NCBI GenBank assembly: GCA_030264375.1
Contig: JASCQW010000139.1
Location: 17,488,686 to 17,552,685, forward strand
DNA: 64,000 nucleotides
Direction of reading: 5' to 3'
DNA from: Carcharhinus longimanus
Taxonomy: Eukaryota
Each line of letters begins with the position of its first letter. Positions within the stretch are counted from its first letter, which is position 1. Below are positions 23,701-35,700 of this stretch, one piece after another. The position numbers and the translations under genes were made by a program. The notes beneath the pieces are model-generated. The model made no database searches. It was not told where the DNA came from and was given only the letters and a program-made list of their open reading frames with translations.

Positions 23701-26700
23701 ATAGATGTGGTATGTTGTCTGGTGTCTAAAATGCTGGGGTGTAGTACATTTTTGCTTCACAAACTCAGCTTGCTTAAAAAACACTCGCCACAATGTAGTC
23801 AAAATATTCCTTTAAAGGGTAATGTCATTATGGTAAAAGCTACAATATGACATTTCTGTTCATGTGCATTCTGCTTGAAGGCAGGTCCTTGTCTCATTGT
23901 CTGTTGTCACTTCATCCTGAGCTATTGCTTTTGACTGTTTTGTTTTATTACTGGTGATCTGTCATTGCCTTCTACTCAGAGGCAGGGCGAGGAGGCAGCC
24001 TACTCAGCTGGAACGAGAGTCAAACTTGCGCTGCAAGTGTTAGGCCCCCCCTAAATAATCTCAAAGATCCAGCTCAAGAGGCAGCTCAGGGATCAACAGT
24101 GTACTGTGTGTCTAATCCATTAGCTGGGTGCATTTAACCTCTCAAAAATATACAGCCAAATATTATTCATTCGTAAATGCCAGAAAAAAAGATTTAATTC
24201 ACGAGACCAGGTTTGCTTTCCTGTTTGTTTTATTTTACTTCAATGTGCTGTGCCTTTTTGTACAACTTTTAGCTTATGTGCAGTGACGTTTGGATGTTAC
24301 AGTAAACAGGAGACCGTAGTGTGTTTTGCAGGGCTAATCTTATTGGTATGGATGGAGGGAGCAAATTGTTTAACAGATTTCATTCATAACAAACAAGTAT
24401 AACAAAATCTATTCAATACAGAAGTAACTAATCTATAATGGATTTCTTCCAATTAACCATAGGAGACCCAGAGACAGGATGCAATAGCTTATTCAAATAC
24501 AAGCATGGAGGGAACTACCCCAGAGAAACCTCTGGAGTAGCACCTTCCTCTGATGCATCACAGGGACAGCATTCTAATACAACTCTCTGCTCCAAGTTAC
24601 ATACAGACTGTTAGTCATTATGCAAAACATTGTTTAAATTTCAGTCTCATCTACTTAGGTTTACTATTAAACCTTCACCCAGAAATTCATTGGCAATCTC
24701 TTTATAAGTTTATTTTAGTGTCGCAAGTAGGCTTACATTAATACTACCATGAAGTTAGTGAAAATCTCCTAGTTGCCACACTCTGGTGCTTGCTCCAGTA
24801 CACTGACGGAGAATTTAGCTGACCAATGCACCTAACCAGCGCATCTTTCAGACAATGGGAGGAAACCGGAGCACCTGGAGGAAGCAGACACAGGGAGAAC
24901 ATGCAGACCCCACACAGACAGTGATTCAAGGCGGGAATTGAACCCGGGTCCCTGGAGCTGAGGCGCAGCAGTGCTAACCATTGTGCCACCGATACTTCTT
25001 TTGAAAAAGACAGTTAACAACCTTTATGGCAAGTTCTGTTGAGGTAGAGCATTTGACTAGGTGTGATTTTACGCTAATGCGGGCTGTTGGATTCACTCCG
25101 CTTTTACTAAATCTATTAATTCACTCTTACAAATGCATATACAAAATAGCCTTCCATAAATGGTAAAAGGTCTCATCAAAAATAATGGTGTATTGGACTT
25201 CTTTATATAAAAAGCAAATTTGGCTCCATTTCCACACCAACAGACCAATGCATTGCAAAATGAAAGCCTGAAGAAAGTTCATCAGCACCATCTTTGCCCA
25301 ACTAATGGAAATGAGGAAAAAATTCAAACTCCTTCACACCAAATAAAACAAGTGCAGCTCTGTAAATTAACGGAAGGTATTAGTTTCTGTGGGACAAATT
25401 TCCATAATTTTGCTACTACTACTACCACTCAGTTACAAGTCTCAGTTAGATTTTAGTTACAGCCTAAAAGTCCAGCCATCAACGGACTAAGAATGACATG
25501 CTGCATATGGGTTGGAAAGTTTACTGCAGCACAGAACAAACCAAGAACTACAGCAGTACGAAAGGCACTATTCTCATGATAAGTAGGCTACAGCAACTTT
25601 TTAAAGATTGCTTCACCCTTAAATATTACTAGTGGTGAAACTCCATCTTAAGTGACTGAAGCGCATAGGTCTATTTTAGGAAGATCCTTGCTCATAGAAA
25701 GGATTGCTTGGAAAAGGGCAACCGAGATTCCCCAACTGATATTCTAATATAACCCAGGAAAGCAAGTTATCAATCTATTAATTTTCCTACTTCATGATGA
25801 AAGTCAATAAGTAGGTGGACATTTTTTCTTAAATTGTATTTTGTAAACTGGTCTGACAGTACTAAACTCTAATTGTTTATCATTTTCAATGTTCATAACT
25901 TAATGTTAGGAGGGCTGCTACAGCTGGAAAAAGCTCAACTTTGTTGGCCAAGTAAGACCTACTTCAGTTTCACATCAAGCACTTCCTGCCAACATCAAAC
26001 ACTGTGAAAGTTATAGAAGTAAAATGGAGCAAATGATGTCAACAGGAAGACATCCAAAGGGCTAGCAGCATGCATTGGCTTTAAATTTAACAAGATTGCA
26101 TGCAAGTAGCTGATATGTCCAGATGGCAACAAAATCAATGCACCTGGTGTTAATAGTACATAGTAAAAGACCAGGACAGAGAGACAGAGAGACTCAGAGA
26201 GACAGACAGAGTCAATCAAGTGAGGCAACTGAGGGGGACAAGGGGAACTTAAAAGAGTGAGAACAGGAGAAGCAATGGCCTAGTGGTATTATTGGTAGAC
26301 TATTAATTTAGAAACTCAGCTAATGTTCCGAGGATCCAGATTCAAATCCCACCACGGCAGATGATGGAATTTAAATTCAATAAAAAAATCTGGAATTAAG
26401 AATCTACTGTTGGCCATTAAACCACTGTTGATTGTTGGGAAAACTCATCTGGTTCACTAATCTCCTTTTGGGAAGGAAATCTGCTGTCCTTACCCGGTCT
26501 GGCCTAGATGTGACTCCAAAGCCACAGCAATGTGGTTGACTCAACTGCCCTCAGGCAACAAGGGATTTTATGGGCAATAAATGCTGGGCAGCCAGCAACA
26601 CCCATGTCCCTCAAATGAATAAAAAATAAAATCTGCAAGTGCCAGCAATAGATTGGCATTTTTTTTAAGGTTAAAGGGCCTGAAAGCAGATTTGTTTTTG

Positions 26701-29700
26701 ATGACTCTGAAATATGGCAGAAACCGTGATTGGTGCTTTGATTTCCAGCACAAAGTGCACCAAGTCAATTTCACCACACACCAGGCTTAGGCTGAATGAT
26801 AAACCAAGCAAGTCCAGTACTACCCACGTTGGGCTTCAGAAATGGAATGCTTTTGGGACGGGTTATCAGAATCGTGGACTTATTTGAGGAAGCACCTCAC
26901 AGAGCAAATTAGGCAAAATACAAAAAAAAACCCAACACGCAAAAACTCTGAATGATGTTGAAATAACTAAAGATGACTTGAAAAGAGCTGTTTAAAAATA
27001 TTCATTTATGGTATGTGGGCTTTGCTGGCTAGTCCAGCATTTATTGCCCATCCCAATTGCCCTTGAAGTAATGAGCTGCCTTCTTGAACTGCTGCAGGCA
27101 ACGTGGTGTACACCTTCCTTCTATACTTATTAGCAGTTCTGATACAACTGAGTGGCTTGATAGGTCTTTTTAAGAGTCAACCACATTGCTGTGCATCAAG
27201 GATGGCACATTTCCTTCCTTAAAGGAGGATGGTGAACTAGATGGGTTTTTAAATGACAATCGACTATCGTTTCATCGTCACGAACAGACTTTTAATTCCA
27301 CATTTCACTCTGGGGACCTGGATTCAAATCCCACCAAAGCACTACCCTGAATCTCTGATTACTATTCCAATGACGTGTGTGCCCCACACACCCCCATCCC
27401 TGTCAACTCCAAGTTTCAGTAGATGTATATCTAAATGATGGAAAACAGCAAATAACATAGAAAATAGAATTTTCAACTGATCTGCCGAATCAATTAAATG
27501 GTAGTTAGGGGAGGTTGAGATCAAACCACTGGTCAGGCCACACCGAGTTCTTTGCCTTGTTCTGGTCACCAAGATACGTTATGTTGCAGCCAATAATCCT
27601 TTTCAAATGGAAGCACCGGTGAAACTAATGACAGGTCTAAAGGCAACTTTTGCAGAATTATTGGTACTTTAAAGGTACTTTCAAAATGAATTTGACGGTG
27701 ATGTCGGGATAGGGCCTGGGCGGGATTGTTATTGGTGCAGGCTCAAACGGCTGAATGGACTCTTCCTGTTCTGTAGGGATTCTATGATTATGATACCAGT
27801 TTTTATGTAACCAAGAAAGGCAAAAATGTACCAGCTGAAATTCTACAATCTCGTACACCCTGTCACCAGAGAGACTGGAGAATTTGGCACACAGCCAAAC
27901 CTCCTCCACTACAGCAGGACTGGAGAATTCCAGCCCCAGGCGAGTATGGAGAATTCCTGTCACCATCTTTTGCATATAATCACATGAAGACTTAAAATGT
28001 TAACTTATCAGTTCTTGATGCAATATCTGTCATATATTTGAATCCTCCTTTTTTATTTAGTTTTCCATTTACTTTTATTGCAAATGTTTATTGGCACTGT
28101 CCAAACATAGCTGGCTCATCAAAATCACTAAATCCAAAAACAAAAGTGCAGAATCAAACATTGACTCTTGGTGCAAATAAAAAAGTAAAAACACCTTTTA
28201 ATCTTCTGCAGCATTTACTCAGAAACAAATGCTCATTTAGCTATCAGAACCCTCATTCAGATTCACTCACCTGCATTTGAAGTCTGCGTAGTTCCTCACT
28301 TAGATTGTTATTGACTTTCATTAACTGCTGAACCTTAGCCTCTGAAGCAGCCAAAGCTTTTTTCACCTCCAGGTACTCCTGCAGTGTTATGGGGCCGTCT
28401 GATAAGTCGGATGAATCCATGCTCTTAACGTCAAAAAGAAATATGGAAAAAAATGAATAGCCAATATACTCAAGCAATGTGGGGCTGTTAACATGGCTGT
28501 AAAAGTACTCAGGCCATTTCTGAAGCAGGCATATACATACATAAGAACATAAGAAATAGGAGCAGGAGTAGACCATCTAGCCCTTCGAGCCTGCCCCGCC
28601 ATTCAATAAGATCNNNNNNNNNNNNNNNNNNNNNNNNNNNNNNNNNNNNNNNNNNNNNNNNNNNNNNNNNNNNNNNNNNNNNNNNNNNNNNNNNNNNNNN
28701 NNNNNNNNNNNNNAAATGAAAAACTGCCATCTCAATTCACAGCACTTTTTAATTAGTCTCTTGCCCTGGTTCCCTGCCTTTTTAAATCCCTTACTGTCCC
28801 CCTCTTAGTTTACGGAGACATTTATACCCATCCACTTTCTGTAAACACCACTCTATGCTTGATCAGTCACTGAATGGTGCATACAACTCATTCTATAGTG
28901 CTGCTTTATTGAGAGAAATCCAACGTAGCTGTATGATATGGGTGTACTTTCCTGACCCAACACCAATATGTTTTTTAATGGCTGACATGGGGTCCAGATT
29001 TAATAGTTTACAATCTAGATGTTGATTATGCCCCTTGCATTTGAGCTGTCATCCATCTGTAGAGGTACGGCATTAAGTGGAGGTAAGCAGTGGTATTTTC
29101 CACAGGCAGTACAATACAGGCAATCTCAATAATATGGCGTATGGCAGTAAGATTGTTGTAAAAAGTCTGACAACACCAGGTTTTAGTCCAACCCATTTAT
29201 TTTATATTAAACTCACAANNNNNNNNNNNNNNNNNNNNNNNNNNNNNNNNNNNNNNNNNNNNNNNNNNNNNNNNNNNNNNNNNNNNNNNNNNNNNNNNNN
29301 NNNNNNNNNNNNNNNNNNNNNNNNNNNNNNNNNNNNNNNNNNNNNNNNNNNNNNNNNNNNNNNNNNNNNNNNNNNNNNNNNNNNNNNNNNNNNNNNNNNN
29401 NNNNNNNNNNNNNNNNNNNNNNNNNNNNNNNNNNNNNNNNNNNNNNNNNNNNNNNNNNNNNNNNNNNNNNNNNNNNNNNNNNNNNNNNNNNNNNNNNNNN
29501 NNNNNNNNNNNNNNNNNNNNNNNNNNNNNNNNNNNNNNNNNNNNNNNNNNNNNNNNNNNNNNNNNNNNNNNNNNNNNNNNNNNNNNNNNNNNNNNNNNNN
29601 NNNNNNNNNNNNNNNNNNNNNNNNNNNNNNNNNNNNNNNNNNNNNNNNNNNNNNNNNNNNNNNNNNNNNNNNNNNNNNNNNNNNNNNNNNNNNNNNNNNN

Positions 29701-32700
29701 NNNNNNNNNNNNNNNNNNNNNNNNNGAATGATCAATAAATGTTGGCTTTGCCAGTGATTTGTAAAAAGATTGATGCCCATCAGTGGCAAAGCCAACATTT
29801 ATTGATCATTCCTAACTGCCCATGAGAAGGTGGTGATGAGCTGTCTCGAATAATTGTAGCCCCTACATATAGATATTCCATCGGTACTGTTAGGGAAGGA
29901 ATTCCAAGATTTTGACCCACCAACAGGGAAAATTACTTGCCACTTGTTAGATCAAGCCTGGATATTATCCAGGTCTTGCCATATTTGGGCATGGACTGCT
30001 TCAGTATCTGTGGAGTCACAAATGGTGTTGAATATTGCGCAATAATCAGCCAATAATCTAGGAACATCCCCATTTCTGACCTTATGATGAAAGGAAGGTC
30101 ATTAATGAAGCAGCTGAAGATGGTTGGGCCTAGGACACTCCCTTGAGGAAATCTGGCAGTGATATTCTGGAGCTGAGATGCTGACTTTCAACCACAACCA
30201 ACTTCCTTTGTGCGACGTACGACTCCAACCAGTTCCACCCTCCTGGCTCCGTTTTGCTAGGGCTCCTTGAAGGCACACTCAATCAAATGTGGCCTTGATA
30301 TCAAGAGCAGTCACTTTCACCTCACCTCAACTTCAGCTCCTTTGTCCATTTGTGAACCAAGGCTACAATGAGGCCAGGGGCTGAATGAACCTGGCAAAAG
30401 CCAAACTGAACATTAGTGGATAGGTTATTGCTAAGCAAATGCCTCTTGACCGCACTGTTGATGCCCCCTTCCCTCACTTTACTGATGATTGACAGTAGGC
30501 TGATGGGGTGGTAATTGACCAGGTTGGATTTCTCTTGCTTTGTGCACACAGGACACATTTGGGCAATTTTCCACATTGCTGGGCAGATGCCTCTGTTGTA
30601 GCTATACGGAAACATCTTAACCAGTGGCAAAGCTAGCTCTGGAGTACTATTGCTGGAATATTGTCAGCGCTCATAGCCTCTGTAGTATCCAGTACCTTCA
30701 ACTGTTTCATTTTTTGATATCTCATGGGGTTATTGAATTGGCTGAAGACTGACACCTGTATTGCTGGGACCTCTGAAGGAGGTCAAGTTGGATCATTCAT
30801 TCGACACTTCTGGCTGAAAATTGTTGTGAATGCTTCAGTCATATCATATGATGGTTGGGCTCCCCCATCGTTGAGGATGAGGATGTTTATGGAGCCTCCT
30901 CCTTCTGAGAGTTATTTAGTTGTCTAATGCCATTCACTTCTGGGTGTGGCAGGAGTCCAGATCTTAGATCTGGTTCATTGGTTGTAGGATTGCTTAGCTG
31001 TCTATCACTTGCTGCTTATGCTGTTTGGCATGCAAGGAGTCCACTGTTGTAGCTTCACCAGGTTGACACTTCATTTTTAGGTCTGCCTGGTGCTGTCCTG
31101 ACATGCCCTTCTGCAGTTCACTGAAGCAGGGTTGATCTCCTGGCTTGGTGATAGTGGTAGAGTGCGGGATATGCCAGACCATGAGGTTATGGATTGTTAT
31201 AGGATACAATTCTGTTGCTGTTGGCCCACAGTGAATCATGGTTGCCTAGTCTCAAATTACTAGATCTGTCTGAAGTCTATTCCAGTTAACAATGGTAACA
31301 CCATATGACACAGTGGAGGGTATTCTGACTTCACCTCCACAAGGATCCTGCGGTGGTCAATCAATACCATCAAGGAGAGATGCATCTGCAGCAGGTAGGT
31401 TGGTGACGATGAGGTCAAGTATATTTTTCTCTCTTGTAGGTTTCCTCACCACCTGCCACAGATCCAGTCTAACAGCAATGTCCTTTAGGACTTGGCCAGC
31501 TTGGTTACCAGTGTTACCAGATCACTTTTGAAGTCCCCAACCCAGAATATATTCTGCACACTTGTCACTTTCAGTGCTTCCTCCAAATTGTGAGTACTGA
31601 GTCATCAACTGAGGGGGGAACGTATGTGATAATTAGCAGGAGGTTTCCTCGCCCATGTTTGACCTGATGCTAAGCGTCCTCTCAGAGTCAATATTTAGTA
31701 CTTCAAGGACAAGTCTCTCCCGACCGTATACCACTGTACCACCCACTAGATCTGCCCTGCCTGTGGGACAGGACATACCCAGTGAAGGTGACAGTGCACC
31801 CGTGACATTAACTGTAAGGTATAATTCCAATGTCAGGCAGTTGCTTGACTAGTCATTGAGGCAGCACTCCCAATTTTGGCACGTCCCCAGATGTTAATGA
31901 GGGTTGTAGGGTCGATGGGGCTGGGTTTGCTGTTGTTGTTCCCAGTGCCTAGGTCAATGTTTGGTGGTCTTCTGGCTTTATTTCTTTTTGTAGACTTCAT
32001 AGCAGTTTGACACAAATTGGCCTGCTAGACAGACCATTTCAGAGGATACTTAAGAATCAACCACATTGCTGTGGGTCAGGAGTCACATGCAAGTTATACC
32101 TGGTAAGGACAGTAGATTTCCTTTCCTAAAGAGCATTAGTGAACGAGATTTTTTTTAATACAATTGACAATGGCTTCATGGTCATCTTTAGACTACTTAA
32201 TCCCATATTTTGTATTGAATTCAAATTCCACCACCTACCATGGAAGCGTTCGAATGCAGGTCCCCAGAGCATTACACCGAGTCTCTGAATTATTAGTTCA
32301 GTGACAGTATCGCTATGTCAGTCCCTCCCCTCCACATGTGTACATGTTGTACAATGCTTGAGCATTAAAAGGGTTAAATTATTAAATCTGTGTGCTGGTA
32401 GGGGTACACGGGAAGCTGGTAGTTCTGGAAGGAAATATGCAATGAATTTTTAGAGCCACAGTTTCAGAGTAATAAAAGGAAATGGACAAAACATGGTGTA
32501 ATCAGTTATGATTGAAACAGAATTAGCTGCAAGTCATTACATATTCAATACATCCCACACATTATGGGTCATCACTTGAAAGCCTCCTCCTATGTGCTTG
32601 TTGCTGAACATGCACCAAAAATACTTAACTGAATGGCTGGACAGTATAGCACATAAGATTCTGGGAAATGGATTAAATCAGCTTGCCTATTACGGTAGCA

Positions 32701-35700
32701 CAGTGGTTAGCATTGCTGCTTCACAGCTCCATGAGGACTCATAGCATCAGGTCAAACATAGAACATAGAACACTACAGCACAAACAGGTTTCGTGGCCTA
32801 ATTCTGCTCCTATTTCTTATGGTCTTACGGAGAGGAGTGGTACAAATTTGTGCATGTTATGACTAAAATATAATGATAGCACCTAGGTATCCTGACAAGA
32901 GACTTGAGGCAAATGAGATTTAACACCTGGCAACTAGAATATGCAATGCACCAAAACAATTAAATGGAGTATGTACAAAACCCTTGTAACCATGCTCAAT
33001 ATAGGAGCAATGAAAGGCATTACTGCTTTGCATCAGTTTCTTAATCTGCAATTTAGACCTTGGCTGCATACCAGACTACGAAAATGACACTTTTATATAT
33101 AAAAAAAAACAAGTGTGGTTAAGACCCTAAACTACAGTCTTGTGTTGGCAAGCTTAATGGAATTTCCTGTCGTTTTGCAAGATTTTTGACTCTCAGCAGA
33201 AATATGTTGCAATATACAGGCGCTATTGATTTTGGGATCAATTCAAAAACTGAGTTTCCATCAACAGAAGAGTTAAATTTCTGGTTTATTGTCTGAACTC
33301 CGCAGCACAATCGATCTATACTTTGGTGGGGAGCACAGTGTCAAAGGGCATTAGCATTAAGAATAGAAATGGGCAGAGCTGACCACTGTCCACATTAATC
33401 ATTAAGTTTTTAACACTAAAGTTAATTCAAAGCATCGGTTAATCTAGAAAAGTGACCAAAAGTTGAAACCTTCTGCTTTGTTCAGGACTAGTCAATCGGA
33501 GATGAAGTTAGATGGGCAATAACTTGCTTACTTGCCTCCACCTACAATATAAAGTGCAGCAATTCCATAGGGAAACCGGCCACTGCATCTTAGCTGCTGT
33601 TACAGAATTTCAGTTAGAAAAGATTATTTGATGGAAAGCATCATTTCTGAAGATTTGCAATAGATAATCAGTGATAGAAATGGCATTATTTACTAGGAAT
33701 GAAGGAATTTATTGCAGATTTCTTTAGATACTCAGCATCAGCAGGTTTGAGACAATATGTATTTGAAAGCATGTTGTTACGTATCACCATTCACCATACC
33801 AGTCTTGTTTCTTTTCATAAACTTAGTTTAAAGTTTTAGTGTCGCAAGTAGGCTTACATTAACACTGCAATGAAGTTACTGTGAAAATCTCCTAGTCGCC
33901 ACACACTAGCGCTGTTCAGGTACATTGAAGGAGAATTTAGCATGGTCAATGCACCTAAACAGAACGTTTTTCGGACTGTGGGAGGGAACTGGAGCACCCA
34001 GAGAAAACCCACGCAGGCACAGAGAGAATGTGCAGACAGTAACCAAGATAGGAATCGAACCCACTGTGTTAATAGTTCCAGCAGATCTGTTGATATACAA
34101 TGCATTTAATTAATGTGAATTTAGGACGTGCATCAACTACATTCGTGGGAAAATTGTCCTAAGTCCTGCAACCTGAAAATTAAATTAATAAATTGTGCAA
34201 AGTAATGTTCTAAATCTAACAGGCAATCTTTCAGTTCATGCATCAAAAGAATTTAACCGAGGTTTGAAAATGAAGGCATGCATGACCCAAACTTTACTTT
34301 AAATCTCTATCAATATAAAATCAGAGTTGCATTAGTTTGCCAACATTTAGTTCCAACATTAACAGAATGAGGGATCTGTGCCAACACTTTTAAGTTGTAC
34401 TGTATCAGAAACTAAACATTAAACCTAGTTATGTAACAAAGTAAGACATTTATTGAGTCCGAATGAAGCTTCTTGCTCAAAAACAATAAAAATTTGTGAT
34501 GAGAAAAATTTGTTTGTGAATGGATCGATCGCTAACTAATGAGACAGCCATATTCATTTTACTACACAGTCACCTTCCTCGGTTTTCCCCAGCCATCCAG
34601 CTTGATGCACGTGTTACAAAGGTAGAAAAGTAAGAGTTTCAATGAGCTAATTTCAGCTGGAAGGTCATGAAATTGCAGATTCTTGAAACATTATTTTGTC
34701 TCAGTTGTGCCATGAAAAGTCAAGAGTACGCACATTGAAAGACTTCTCACTGCAATAAGCACCTGCCATAGCAAGGATATCATAGCTCGTTTCCAGTTTA
34801 TTCTTCTAAAAAGTAATCAGCATGGAGATGTGGCATCAAGTTGGATGTTTGGGGGAAACCGAGAGAGATGATTGAGTAGTAAAATGAATATAGTTGTTTT
34901 GTCAGTTAGTGCACAATCCATTTGCAAGCAATTTTTGTAACAAATTCTTGTTTTTTTGAGCAAGATGCTTCATATGGATTCGATAAGTATGTTGCTGCTG
35001 TTGTTCACAATCAAGAAACAAACTAGATGTACAAAAGGCAATTTCAAATCCTCCATCAACTTATCCAACTTAAAATCACGCAAGCGGTCAAGATCACACT
35101 TCTCACCTTTGCTCGGTTGTTTCTGGCTGATGATGCGTTTCGGTGTAACTCAGCGTCTGTGTCCTCATCGGAAGCTACACTATCATAATCATGCTGATCA
35201 TCACCAAAGTCACTATCAGGGCGATCATTCTGGTTTCGCAGAAGATAGTCAATATTTTCTGGGTAAAAACAAGGCAGCTTAGGCTTGCATTTGCAGCATT
35301 GTTTATTTTGCTAGTGTTTAAAGGGCTAAGTTAATCATCTCACACAGATGCATAGAATACAAATAAAAAAATTAGCATTGTACCACTGTGTGGTACTGAA
35401 TAGATATATTCTGCAAGCAGAATGGGAAAGTTTGCCAGTCAATCCACTTCAGTCAATGTTTCTCCAAGCAACCCATTACACACAGATCCAGCAACATGTC
35501 AGCAATTCTCAAACCTGGGGAATGATTTTAGAGAACATGCAGAGGGTTTGAGGTACAGGCAGCTGTTAATAGCCTTCTGAAAGAATCCAGGAAAGAAACA
35601 GAGAAACAAACTACCCAAGTCTAATGAGAAACACTAAGTTTTCTTTTAACAACTTGTGTAAAAGTTAGAAAGAGACTGTCAGAAAAGAAGAAAGCACATC

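Noticed and set aside
27872-27958. Three spaced tggagaatt motifs resembling a repeat-spacer array
   Set aside because: Only 9 bp with irregular spacing in eukaryotic DNA; probably MITE terminal remnants, not CRISPR-like.
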